Of a stretch of DNA of 64,000 bases, positions 29,396-39,180 are shown in pieces. The notes beneath the pieces are model-generated. The model was not told where the DNA came from, ran no database searches, and saw nothing but the letters and a program-made list of their open reading frames with translations. How positions within the stretch are numbered: position 1 is the first letter of the stretch; every line of letters begins with the position of its first letter. Where the stretch lies: the NCBI GenBank assembly GCA_018826075.1, contig JAHKAJ010000015.1, positions 15,091 to 79,090 of the forward strand. Reading direction: 5' to 3'. Both the position numbers and the translations under genes were made by a program. This stretch comes from Candidatus Omnitrophota bacterium (GTDB lineage Bacteria; Omnitrophota; Gorgyraeia; Duberdicusellales; 4484-171).

Positions 29396-30577
29396 CTAAC
29401 CTACTTTTATTCCAACATTAAAATCTAGATCATAAAAAGCTTTTTTTAAGCTACCTTTTACATCAAAGTTTTTAAAAATATGGTTGATTCTTTTCGCTGC
29501 CTGACCATCGCCATAGGGACTAACAACCGAAGCAAGGCCCTGCTGAAACTCTTTCGAGTAAAGCTTCTCAAAAGAAGCTTTAATCTCCTCTTTTGTCGGC
29601 TCACAATCAATGATACTTTCTGCACGAATCCTTCCCTTTTGTCGATCACCAATATTTATGGTCCCAATCTTAAAACTTAAGGCCTCGATAATTCCGCTCG
29701 ATGAGTTGCCAACGACCGCATCAACCAACTGCATTGTTGACAAATACTTTAAATTTCCCAACGAGGTAAAAGCTTTGGCTTTCTGGGAATTGTTGTTCAC
29801 GTATTGGTCAATCATCTTGTTAATTACTCGACCGCCAACATCAGCGTTAGATTTAGTAAGAATAATACCGGTTTGATCTAATCCCTCTAAGACATCAAGA
29901 AGATTCTTAAACTGGCCTTCCGATGTATTGGATTCCAAAGTAACCGGATGAAAAGTAACCAGTAAGTTGTGTTTTTGAAACTTAAAATCTAAATCTTTCT
30001 CTAGCTCTTCTTTAGAAAGAAGTTTTAATCCTTTTATGTTATCTACCCCCAAGGCGCCTACATTGAATACTCTTTCCGGCGATTCTCCCAGCTGGATAAC
30101 CCTCCTTCTGTAATCCTCGGTGGAAGTAAAATGTAAATGGCTCATCTTAGTCATCGAATGCCTGAAAGCATCATCAAATGATCCTTGAGTAACTTCTCCT
30201 CCGTGAATATGAGCAATCGGGATTCGAGCTATATGTGCAGCTATGGCTGCGCTAAGAATTTCAAACCTATCCCCCAAGACAACAACGATATCAGGTTTCA
30301 ATCTGTCGTAAGCTTCAGATAATCCCGAAATCCCAAGGCTAATAGATTTTGATATACCAACAGGGGTATCGGAATTTAGGAAAATTTCTATTTTTTCATC
30401 TATGCTAAACCCATCTTGTTCTATTTCTTTATAAGTTAAGCCAAAATCCGACTCAAGATGCATTCCAGTTGCAATTAGCTGTGACTTTAAATCGCTATCG
30501 CCTACAACTTCCCTTAACAGAGGCCTAAGAAGACCGTATTCTGCTCTTGAACTAGTAATAAAACAAATCTTTTTCAT
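29396..30577 (-). CDS. neuC: Hydrolysing NDP-HexNAc 2-epimerase (NeuC/LegG)
   Basis: SRAEYGLL, TGMHL, LGDRFE, HIHGGE, TFHPVT, GNSSSGI, NIGDRQKGR. Confidence 0.9.
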   Translation of the reverse strand: MKKICFITSSRAEYGLLRPLLREVVGDSDLKSQLIATGMHLESDFGLTYKEIEQDGFSIDEKIEIFLNSDTPVGISKSISLGISGLSEAYDRLKPDIVVVLGDRFEILSAAIAAHIARIPIAHIHGGEVTQGSFDDAFRHSMTKMSHLHFTSTEDYRRRVIQLGESPERVFNVGALGVDNIKGLKLLSKEELEKDLDFKFQKHNLLVTFHPVTLESNTSEGQFKNLLDVLEGLDQTGIILTKSNADVGGRVINKMIDQYVNNNSQKAKAFTSLGNLKYLSTMQLVDAVVGNSSSGIIEALSFKIGTINIGDRQKGRIRAESIIDCEPTKEEIKASFEKLYSKEFQQGLASVVSPYGDGQAAKRINHIFKNFDVKGSLKKAFYDLDFNVGIKVG

Positions 30578-30591
30578 AACTACTTACAAAC

Positions 30592-32037
30592 TCAAGCCTT
30601 AGCCAGGAGCTGCTTAAACAAACGTACAAATATGGGTAACTCCTTATGGATCGACCTGATCGGATCAATCTTTACCTTCATACAATAACCTAACCACAAA
30701 TAAAATAATACTCGATATAGCCCTGAGAAAGGTAACCAACTTAAAAACTCGGCTGCCGGCCGTAAAATCGGAAAGCGGATAATAATCCCGGCTATCTTTT
30801 GTAAATTTTCAATCTTTCTTTTTTCTTCGGCTGAAGAAAAGGTAAATATTGAAACTCTTTTATTCGACTCAAGAAAATTTTCTGAATTTTTCAGATAGCC
30901 ATTTTTTATGCCATATTTCATAATGTCCGTACCGGGATAAGGATAAATCAACCCGCAAGAAGCAAATGTCGGGCGTAATTTAATATTTAAATCGATTGTC
31001 TCTAAATCAATTCTGAAAGCATCGGGGGCTGGTATACCCATAATATTAAAAGTAACTATTCTGATTCCCTGCCGATGCAATACATCTGCAGCTTTAACAA
31101 TTTGATCATTAGTTATGTTTCGCTGTAATATTTCATTAGCAACCTTTTCGTTACCGCACTCAACCCCCATCCAAACATAACTCAATCCGGCATCGCGCAA
31201 CTGAGCAATGTCCTGCTCTCGAACTAAATCTGGACGTATTTCAATTGAGAAAGGGAGAGCTATCTTTTCCTTATATCTTTTGCAAAACTCATCCAGCCAG
31301 CCTTTAGGCTTCAAAACAAAATTGCTATCACAAAAAGAAACTTGAGTTAAGGGATAATAATCACGTACTTTCTCGATTTCCTCAATCACCCGCTCTGGAG
31401 ATACGCAACGGACCACATTGCCTTTGCCTTTATAGAATTCATTAAATTGTTTATTAAAACAATAACTACACTCAAAGGGACAACCGCGTGAGGCAAAAAA
31501 AGCCTTAGATCTTAAGTTTTTCATGTTGGGATCAGCATCATAAATAATCTTTCGATCGGGCAAGGGTAGCGTGCTTAAATCAGCTTCCAGGGGCCGCAAA
31601 GGATTTTTTATAATATTACCGTTATATTTTAGGTGAAAATTGAGGGTATTCTGATAATCTCCCCCCTTCTCCAGGCTCCGACAGAACTCAGGAAAGGCCT
31701 CATCGCCTTCACCAATACAAATAGCATCAACCCCATCTTCCTTAATCACCTGCGGAAAAAACATGGCATGCGGCCCGCCGAATACGGCTAGAAAATTAAA
31801 ATTTTTCTTGAGAGTCCGATTAACTTCCAAGAGTGTCGAATGTTCACCAGTCATGGCGCTATAGCCTACTACCTGAGGTGAAAATTCCCGCATAATTTCT
31901 TCTATTGTCGTCAAACCGCTAACACTTACTACCGCTAAACGAGTTTCGTGTCCGCAGCGATTCAAGCTTGCGCTAAGAGCCATGACGCCTATACGTTCAT
32001 AAGCAATTACATCCTTGATTATAAATAGTATTTTCAT
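30592..32037 (-). CDS. Cobalamin-binding radical SAM protein
   Basis: VFGGPH, IGEGD, SRGCPFECSYC, GVECG, PYPGT. Confidence 0.88.
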   Translation of the reverse strand: MKILFIIKDVIAYERIGVMALSASLNRCGHETRLAVVSVSGLTTIEEIMREFSPQVVGYSAMTGEHSTLLEVNRTLKKNFNFLAVFGGPHAMFFPQVIKEDGVDAICIGEGDEAFPEFCRSLEKGGDYQNTLNFHLKYNGNIIKNPLRPLEADLSTLPLPDRKIIYDADPNMKNLRSKAFFASRGCPFECSYCFNKQFNEFYKGKGNVVRCVSPERVIEEIEKVRDYYPLTQVSFCDSNFVLKPKGWLDEFCKRYKEKIALPFSIEIRPDLVREQDIAQLRDAGLSYVWMGVECGNEKVANEILQRNITNDQIVKAADVLHRQGIRIVTFNIMGIPAPDAFRIDLETIDLNIKLRPTFASCGLIYPYPGTDIMKYGIKNGYLKNSENFLESNKRVSIFTFSSAEEKRKIENLQKIAGIIIRFPILRPAAEFLSWLPFSGLYRVLFYLWLGYCMKVKIDPIRSIHKELPIFVRLFKQLLAKA

Positions 32038-32038
32038 G

Positions 32039-33022
32039 CTAAACCTCTATTGCCTCGTCAGCTTTAAAACACCTCTTGGCAACCCGGCCAATAACTCTAT
32101 CCCACTCTATCGGACTAATTCCGACGCCGGGACGTTTAGCGGTGATATTTTCTTGACTAAGGATTTCCCCTTTTTTAATTTCCCTTGAAGCAACAATACT
32201 CTTTCTAACTACTTCTCTGTTATGTAGCTCTGAGGGGGATACTCTCTTGATTCCATCACCAAGAGCATTCTTTATTTTTCTTATTGACTCTACCATTGCT
32301 TTGAGTTCGCTTGGCTCCAAAGAGGCCTGATGATCAGGTCCTTCCATGGTTCGATCGAGAGTAAAGTGCTTCTCGACCACCTCTGCTCCAAGAGCTACTG
32401 CTGCAATAGGAACTTCTATCCCCAAGGTATGGTCAGAATATCCAACTTTAACCCTTAAGGTATTCTTGATCGTTAACATTGCTAATAAATTAACGTCTTT
32501 AAAAGGTGTGGGATACTCTGTGTTGCAATGCAAAACTGTAATCTTTTCCTTGGCTGTTCCCGAAGCAACTAAAATATCTAAAGCTTTACTTATTTCTTCT
32601 AACTCGGCCATGCCGGTTGAAATTATTATTTTCTTGTTTAAGCTCCCTACTTTTCGCAAATAAGGAAGATTGGTTATTTCTCCGGAAGGTATTTTAAAAA
32701 TTTCTAAACCTAAACTTTTAAGAAAGTCTATACTTTCTAAATCAAAGGGGGTTGATAAAAATATAACTCCTTTTTCTCTGCAATAATCATTAAGCTCTAT
32801 GTGATCTTGCCGACTCAACTCTAATTTCTTTAGCATATCAAGTTGTAAAGATTGCTGACTAACCACTTTCTCAGCACTGAATGTCTGAAACTTTACTGCG
32901 TCAACGCCAGCTTCGTAAGCTAAATCTACCAGCTGTTTAGCAATCTCGATGTCGCCGTTATGATTTACGCCGACCTCAGCAATAATGAATATCCTGCTGG
33001 TATTTTTCACCATGCAGTCCAA
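32039..33022 (-). CDS. neuB: NeuB/LegI nonulosonate synthase with C-terminal SAF domain
   Basis: IAEVGVNHNGD, KFQT, STPFD, KIPSGE, HCNTEYP, GYSDHT, EKHFT, GPDH, KRPG.GISP. Confidence 0.9.
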   Translation of the reverse strand: MDCMVKNTSRIFIIAEVGVNHNGDIEIAKQLVDLAYEAGVDAVKFQTFSAEKVVSQQSLQLDMLKKLELSRQDHIELNDYCREKGVIFLSTPFDLESIDFLKSLGLEIFKIPSGEITNLPYLRKVGSLNKKIIISTGMAELEEISKALDILVASGTAKEKITVLHCNTEYPTPFKDVNLLAMLTIKNTLRVKVGYSDHTLGIEVPIAAVALGAEVVEKHFTLDRTMEGPDHQASLEPSELKAMVESIRKIKNALGDGIKRVSPSELHNREVVRKSIVASREIKKGEILSQENITAKRPGVGISPIEWDRVIGRVAKRCFKADEAIEV

Positions 33023-33810
33023 CCTCCATCAACCACTATATTTTGACCGGTTACATAACTAGAAAGTTCACTGGCTAAATAAGCAACTGCCCCTTTTAAA
33101 TCCTCTTCTTTAGCCATGCGCCTCAAGGGGGTACGTTCTAGATAACGCGAAAGAAAAGGCTCTGAGTGGTCTCTAAAGACCCCTCCGGGGGTAACTGTAT
33201 TTACCCGTATCTGAGGCGCTAAGACTGTTGCCAGCCATTTAGTAAAATGGATTAAACCTCCTTTAGTAACGCTATAAGCAGCCGGATTGCCTAAGTCGGT
33301 TCCTTGATATAACCGCATATCCGGGCCGACTAAACCATAGATTGAACTTATATTGATTATTGATCCCTGTCCTGAATAAGCCAATGCTTTCTGGCAAGCT
33401 TGGACTAAAACAAAAATAGAAGTTAGGTTAACTTCCAGTGCCACGCGCCAAGCATCAGTTAGTTGATTTTCAAACGGCACAGCCCAGCCTTTTAATTCAG
33501 AGCTTCCAACTAATGCTGCACAATTTACCAGAATGTCAAGACGCCCGAACTTATCCAATACAGCTTTCGGCACCAAACGCACCTTATCTTCTTTAGCAAG
33601 ATCAACTGCTAACGGTAAAGTTTCTACATTATATTTATTGGCAACTGCTTCTGCTTCCTTATCACACTGGGCTTTATCGATATCCAATAAAACAATCTTA
33701 GCGCCTAACTCAGCTAAAGTTTCTGCCGCCGAAAACCCAATATGTCCGGCACCTCCGGTAATAAGTGCTACCCTATCTTTTAAATCCATTAGTTCTTTCA
33801 ATGATTTCAT
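33007..33810 (-). CDS. SDR oxidoreductase (PtmA/ElaC-like)
   Basis: TGGAGHIG, SSIYG...PD.RLY, PAAYSVTKGG, PGGV, VDGGW. Confidence 0.85.
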   Translation of the reverse strand: MKSLKELMDLKDRVALITGGAGHIGFSAAETLAELGAKIVLLDIDKAQCDKEAEAVANKYNVETLPLAVDLAKEDKVRLVPKAVLDKFGRLDILVNCAALVGSSELKGWAVPFENQLTDAWRVALEVNLTSIFVLVQACQKALAYSGQGSIINISSIYGLVGPDMRLYQGTDLGNPAAYSVTKGGLIHFTKWLATVLAPQIRVNTVTPGGVFRDHSEPFLSRYLERTPLRRMAKEEDLKGAVAYLASELSSYVTGQNIVVDGGWTAW

Positions 33811-34514
33811 TTTCTACCTCTTTTATTGATTAAGCACTCAGCAATTTCAAAATCTAACATAGTATCAATATCAATTGCCCTCTCCGATGGTATTTCTACC
33901 ACTTTAACTCTTCCTTCTAGTAAAGAAGAAGCCTTAAGTATATAGGAAGCTACGGCCGCATAAGCCACAGTTGTCATGTCATAGACTACCGGCGCTTGTT
34001 GGCGTCGGCTAATATCTTTACCTGTAGGTATAGCTAATTTAGCGTAACCTTTTTCATCCAGCGTAATCATATTAAAGTAAGGATTGCGCTCAGCAACCTT
34101 AGCGGTAACTACAATATCGGTATCTCCTTGAAGTAACAGCTCTATACAAGAAGTAACGTCTCTTTCGCTACGCAAAGGTGATGTTACTGGAACGCTTACT
34201 GATATATCAACTTTATGACCAAGCTCTTTTTCAACTGCCCCGATTGAATGCTTCCAGGCAAATAACTCCGGGGAATCGTCTCTGGCAAATTCAGCTGGAC
34301 GGATAAAAGGAATTTCCGCACCATACTTACGAGCAACGTCGGCTATTTCCTCGCTATCAGTAGAAACAATTAACCTATCTATCAAAGAAACTTTTTTGGC
34401 TGTTTCAATAGCGTAAGCGATTAGCGGCTTACCGGCTAACTCTTTAATGTTTTTACCAGGTAGACCTTTTGAGCCTCCGCGGGCAAAGATCACACCCAGT
34501 ATGTACGGTTTCAT
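33807..34514 (-). CDS. CMP-nonulosonate synthetase (LegF/PtmB/ElaB-like)
   Basis: FARGGSKGLPGKNI, VSTD, TSPLR, NPYFNM, RRQQAP, DIDT. Confidence 0.88.
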   Translation of the reverse strand: MKPYILGVIFARGGSKGLPGKNIKELAGKPLIAYAIETAKKVSLIDRLIVSTDSEEIADVARKYGAEIPFIRPAEFARDDSPELFAWKHSIGAVEKELGHKVDISVSVPVTSPLRSERDVTSCIELLLQGDTDIVVTAKVAERNPYFNMITLDEKGYAKLAIPTGKDISRRQQAPVVYDMTTVAYAAVASYILKASSLLEGRVKVVEIPSERAIDIDTMLDFEIAECLINKRGRK

Positions 34515-35509
34515 AATGAAACTCTTTCCTTTGTTTTTGCTGAAGCTTTCAGTGTATTTACTAAACGAATAACTTCTTTGGCCTCTTCTAGAGAAACAGT
34601 TGGCTTAGAGCCAGAAGCAAGGCAATTAAAAAAGTGCTCTAATTCGGCCTTGTACATTTCGCTTGAACCAGCTTCTCTTACAGCAAGCAGCTCCTGCCAG
34701 CTGCCAGTTTCTGAAGAGAAAAATCTCACACTGCCGCCATCAAATGAATCCCAGAGAAGCGTTCCCTTAACCCCAACTATACGACAGTAACGATTTGCCG
34801 CATGATCGATCATATCAAGATGGACGCTGCCGAAAGCACCACTCTTAAACTTCAAAGATATCTCAACAAGATCTTCAACATCAATTTCTAAATCACTTAC
34901 CTTACCTAAAAAAGCATGTATATCGGTTACTTCTCCAATAAGCCAAGATACATAATCTAATTCATGACTTAATTCAAAACAGGCGCCGCCGCCTAAGTCT
35001 GCCCTGGCGCTAACTGTATCCTGATATCTCTGGCTAGGCCGCCAATTCAATAAATTCTGCCCGGCTGAAACTCTAATTGATAACACCTTACCTATAAGGT
35101 TGTCCCCTAAGGCTTTTTTTATTGTCTGGAGCGCTTTAGAAAATCTTAATACATAGCCAACCATGACTATAAGCCTGCGCTTATTTACTTCTTCAATTAA
35201 TTCCTGCAAACCCTCTTCATTAACTGACAATGGTTTTTCAATAAACAGGTGGCTATTACCCTTGGCAAAGATTAAAGCTGTATCTATATGCCTGGTAGCA
35301 GGATTAGTTATAAAAGTAATCTGCGGCATCCATTGCAAGGCATCTTCTTTCGAAAAAAAGACTTTATCCACCAAAGATTCCAATTCACCCAGCTGGGCTT
35401 CTTTGGAAAACTGCCTCCAGACCGCTATTTGAATACCAGAGTCAATACTCTTTATATTCTTAATATGCCTGCGGGCAATACTACCCAATCCAACAACTAA
35501 AATCTTCAT
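34511..35509 (-). CDS. Gfo/Idh/MocA oxidoreductase (PtmF/ElaA-like)
   Basis: GLGSIARRH, FIEKPL, WRP...Y...VSA...LGGG..ELSHELD. Confidence 0.85.
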   Translation of the reverse strand: MKILVVGLGSIARRHIKNIKSIDSGIQIAVWRQFSKEAQLGELESLVDKVFFSKEDALQWMPQITFITNPATRHIDTALIFAKGNSHLFIEKPLSVNEEGLQELIEEVNKRRLIVMVGYVLRFSKALQTIKKALGDNLIGKVLSIRVSAGQNLLNWRPSQRYQDTVSARADLGGGACFELSHELDYVSWLIGEVTDIHAFLGKVSDLEIDVEDLVEISLKFKSGAFGSVHLDMIDHAANRYCRIVGVKGTLLWDSFDGGSVRFFSSETGSWQELLAVREAGSSEMYKAELEHFFNCLASGSKPTVSLEEAKEVIRLVNTLKASAKTKERVSL

Positions 35510-36498
35510 ATCGTTTTCGTCTGGCTATTAATAGCTTCTCTTTTATCGGAAACATTAGAGGACATCTGTTCTGCTAAAGCCATAGTTTTATATGCTCCTT
35601 CCAAATCAAGCATCGGCCATTGACTAACTCGATTACGCACTAACTTTATAAATGCTTGCATCTGCCTAAAAAATCCCGGCTTATACGCGCGGTCAACCTC
35701 ATCAGGCTCAATATCATGTATTACAAAATTCTTATCAGTCCATCTGCCGGCTTCTAAAGGTTTGTACTCAACTGTAACTCCGTACCCATAAAGAACAACG
35801 CTCCAACCACCAGGAGAATACCAATATGCACTGTAGTGGCCTATAGCTCCTGAGTTAAGTTCCATTTGTACGGAAAATTGATCACCGCGCGGCTCTATAT
35901 ATTTATGAGCTAGAGAACTGATTGACTCTGGCTCACCGCCAAAAAATCTTAATAAATCAATCGTATGGGTACTATTTGAAAAAATCCAATGATAGCGATC
36001 TTTTTCCGATAGCCGGGCTGCTCTTAACCACATACGTTCATGGCCTTGAATTTCTACACCTAAAAGCGGGCCGTGGGCGCGTATTATTTCTAAACCTTTA
36101 GCAAATATAGAGTAAAACCGGCGATTAAATCCAACCATGTTAGGAACCGAATGTTCTTTGGCTAAGGCAGCTAATTTCTTTGTATCAGATGGGGTCAAGC
36201 CCGGTGGCTTCTCTATAAATAATGGTAAACCATAAGGGATAGCTTTCGAAGTCACCTCATAAATCTGATCAGCAGAAACAAGCACCATCAAAGCATCGAG
36301 TTGAGCTTCTTTTATAAGTGAATCGAGACTATCAACACAAATAGCAATTCCATATTCACTCGCTAGATTTTCTGCTTTTTTCCGGGTACGAGAAGTTATC
36401 GCTACAGCTTCAATATCATCGATGTCTTTAATCACATCAAGGTGCTTTCTGGTAATTGAACCGGCGCCGATCAATCCTACTTTTATTTTTTTCATCAT
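35506..36498 (-). CDS. Gfo/Idh/MocA oxidoreductase
   Basis: GLIGAGSI, FIEKPPG, VGFNRRF, HTIDL. Confidence 0.85.
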   Translation of the reverse strand: MMKKIKVGLIGAGSITRKHLDVIKDIDDIEAVAITSRTRKKAENLASEYGIAICVDSLDSLIKEAQLDALMVLVSADQIYEVTSKAIPYGLPLFIEKPPGLTPSDTKKLAALAKEHSVPNMVGFNRRFYSIFAKGLEIIRAHGPLLGVEIQGHERMWLRAARLSEKDRYHWIFSNSTHTIDLLRFFGGEPESISSLAHKYIEPRGDQFSVQMELNSGAIGHYSAYWYSPGGWSVVLYGYGVTVEYKPLEAGRWTDKNFVIHDIEPDEVDRAYKPGFFRQMQAFIKLVRNRVSQWPMLDLEGAYKTMALAEQMSSNVSDKREAINSQTKTI

Positions 36499-36507
36499 CT
36501 TATCTCT

Positions 36508-37497
36508 TTAGGTAACTGGACAATAATTATCTTCTTTTTTTAACAAACGATTAAAATGCACAAGCAACTCTCCAAGAATAAACTCATGACTCAAAAAACA
36601 CTGCGACAGTGTAGGCAATTGGCAGTTGTCTTTAGCTAATATATCGGCAACAAATGTTTTACTCATATGGCTTACATTCCAATCTTCATCTATGGCAATA
36701 TTGTGCCATTGCCAATCTGATGAAAGATGACTTTCATAGGCAAATTTTTGAAAATGATCAATAATAAACCTGCAGTTTGGCGTATGAATAGTAGTGTGGT
36801 CAGGACTCTTGTTGTCACCGGCAAATGAAATCATGAATTTGCTTCCTTTGTCAGAATAACCGCAGATACTTCCGCTTAGATCACAAACTTGCGGCCCACG
36901 CTTTGAAGAATGAACTATTGGGTCTATCTGGGAACCGAAACTCTTAAGCTGTTTCGACTCATCAAAAAATACAAATAAATCAACTACATGGACACCTATA
37001 TTAGCTAAGCCGTGATTGCCTCCGATTACACTAAACAACAACGGTTCATTCACATTTAGGCACGATTTAATATACTCATGAATAGCATAAGCCCGACTCT
37101 TACAGTTAACCCAAACTAAAAGGTCATTAATCTTACAAAATGTCATTAAATCCTGATAATCTTCTACTGATTGTGACACTATCTTTTCTATTAAAAACTT
37201 TTTATAGCCAAGCTTGCTAGCAGCCTGCTTAACCATATCGCAGCGAATATCAGCCTGGGTTGCGACAATGCAAAGATCACCGTTAGCTGACTCATCATTT
37301 AACTCACTAAACCAACTAAACTTTATTGCCTTGTTTAAATCTGATAACTCTTGCAAGCGCAATTTGCCGACTTCAGCTGCCTTAGGATTAGAGTCAACAA
37401 CATGGACTTCGCCAACCGCACCAAGATAAGCTACTGCCTGCAGGTGCCGACTGCCGAGTGCTCCACAACCAATAATAAGAACTTTATATTGCTTCAT
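36508..37497 (-). CDS. Gfo/Idh/MocA-like oxidoreductase (start refined to ATG 37497)
   Basis: IIGCGALGSRHLQ, IVAT, IEK, WVNC. Confidence 0.75.
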   Translation of the reverse strand: MKQYKVLIIGCGALGSRHLQAVAYLGAVGEVHVVDSNPKAAEVGKLRLQELSDLNKAIKFSWFSELNDESANGDLCIVATQADIRCDMVKQAASKLGYKKFLIEKIVSQSVEDYQDLMTFCKINDLLVWVNCKSRAYAIHEYIKSCLNVNEPLLFSVIGGNHGLANIGVHVVDLFVFFDESKQLKSFGSQIDPIVHSSKRGPQVCDLSGSICGYSDKGSKFMISFAGDNKSPDHTTIHTPNCRFIIDHFQKFAYESHLSSDWQWHNIAIDEDWNVSHMSKTFVADILAKDNCQLPTLSQCFLSHEFILGELLVHFNRLLKKEDNYCPVT

Positions 37498-38306
37498 TGT
37501 ATTTTCTGCTGGCCGGTCGGCACCCCCCAAAACTCACAACCATTACACAAGGCCACTTCTTTTCTTCTTCCTTCTATATGTTTCTTTAACCATTGCCCTC
37601 TCTGAGAACCATTCCAAATATCTGCTAAAGCTGTTGAGTTGCAATCTCCAATAATACCTAAACCTTTAGGATCAAACCTTACACATATAGAAACTTTTCC
37701 ATCTCTGCGGATAACCATATGATTAAGAAAGTCTAAGCAAACTCCTATCTCAGGTATAGTTGGATTCTTTTTATAGCTAAAACTACCCATAGGAGAATGC
37801 AGTATGCGAGTCGCGACTATACATCCTAAATCCTTATACCGGGTTAAATCCATCTCGCCTAAACAACGTATTATGACATTAGGCTTTCTTGGTCCTTTGA
37901 TTTTTAGAAATTCTTTAATCAACTTATATTGTTCTTCTTGATCTTTATCCTTCTCAAATGTTGAAATAGTCAAAGTATCTAAATTATCAATAATTTCATT
38001 GGCTTTTTCGACTATTAATTTGCCGTTAGTATCCATGCATCTAATTTGCCGAGTAAACAAGCTCGCTGCTTCTTTAAATCTAGGATAAAGAAGCGGCTCG
38101 CCATTATTATGAAGTTGAACCACAATTGAATCCGGTAATTGCTTGGCAATTGATTCAACCAGTTCGAACTCCATATCGCCATAGTTAAGGGCGATCTCTG
38201 GATAATCCCGATCAACCTTTCTGCGTCCGCACATCCAACAATCTTTGTTGCAGCGATTGGTTAACTCTATATTTACAGTCGTCAAATTATTAAAACATTT
38301 ATCCAT
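37494..38306 (-). CDS. Small radical SAM/SPASM(twitch) protein
   Basis: IELTNRCNKDCWMC, GEPLL, TNG, C-terminal C...DGKVSIC...C..C. Confidence 0.85.
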   Translation of the reverse strand: MDKCFNNLTTVNIELTNRCNKDCWMCGRRKVDRDYPEIALNYGDMEFELVESIAKQLPDSIVVQLHNNGEPLLYPRFKEAASLFTRQIRCMDTNGKLIVEKANEIIDNLDTLTISTFEKDKDQEEQYKLIKEFLKIKGPRKPNVIIRCLGEMDLTRYKDLGCIVATRILHSPMGSFSYKKNPTIPEIGVCLDFLNHMVIRRDGKVSICVRFDPKGLGIIGDCNSTALADIWNGSQRGQWLKKHIEGRRKEVALCNGCEFWGVPTGQQKIQ

Positions 38307-38317
38307 TTTCTATATCT

Positions 38318-39178
38318 TTACAGCGATAGGCTCATGATAATCGTGTCGCACTTACCCAAGATTCTTAAATGAGATTCATAAGCCTGGTTAAGCTCTTTTG
38401 AATCAAGAAATTTCCACTGATTATGACCATCGGGTTTACCTTTTGCCAGCCAAAATAGATGGTTAGCTAAAGAATACCTTTGAATCTGCTTTATGTAATT
38501 TACTTTTAAATTTGCTTGCGAAGCTAATTCTTTTAAAGTTTTAATCGTAAACAAAAACAAATGACAACTCCAATAAGTAAAGTCAGAAAAGGCTTCAGAA
38601 TTATAAATTGTCAGTAAAGCATCATCAGCATTAGGCACTTCAATAATAAGCTCTCCCTTACTTTTTAATAATTTACTTAATTCGATTAAAGTTGACTTTG
38701 GATCGGGCAAATGTTCCAAAGTATGAAAAAGAGTAATTAGATCAAATTTATCCTTGGCCGGAACTTCAGGCACAGAGCGATATACTGTTAAATTTAGCTC
38801 TCGGAAACGTTCGACTAAGCGCACCTCCGGCTCAATACCGCAAACCTGGTTGGCTAAACTAGAAGCTTTGACCAGAAAATTACCGCTACCACAACCAAAA
38901 TCAAGCAAAGAACTTTGAGGCAAAACGCTCTTAAGCTCCTGGAAACGGCGCTCGTCATCGGCCTCTGTCTTTTTAATCCAATCTTCGATATTTATAGTTT
39001 GCTCAGTATGCATATTTGAATTTTCATAAAAATCATCTTTAATATGATCAAATGATGATAAGAAAACTAAGTTACAAGAAGCGCATTCTAGTACTTTCAA
39101 CTGGGGATCATCCCGAACCTTGGCTGATCTCTCTCGATAGGTTCGGCCCTTACATAGATAACATTCTTTCTTGGTCAT
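38318..39178 (-). CDS. Class I SAM-dependent methyltransferase with N-terminal Cys pairs
   Basis: CYLC/CASC, LDFGCGSG, FHTLEHLPDP, IEVPN. Confidence 0.88.
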   Translation of the reverse strand: MTKKECYLCKGRTYRERSAKVRDDPQLKVLECASCNLVFLSSFDHIKDDFYENSNMHTEQTINIEDWIKKTEADDERRFQELKSVLPQSSLLDFGCGSGNFLVKASSLANQVCGIEPEVRLVERFRELNLTVYRSVPEVPAKDKFDLITLFHTLEHLPDPKSTLIELSKLLKSKGELIIEVPNADDALLTIYNSEAFSDFTYWSCHLFLFTIKTLKELASQANLKVNYIKQIQRYSLANHLFWLAKGKPDGHNQWKFLDSKELNQAYESHLRILGKCDTIIMSLSL

Positions 39179-39180
39179 AA

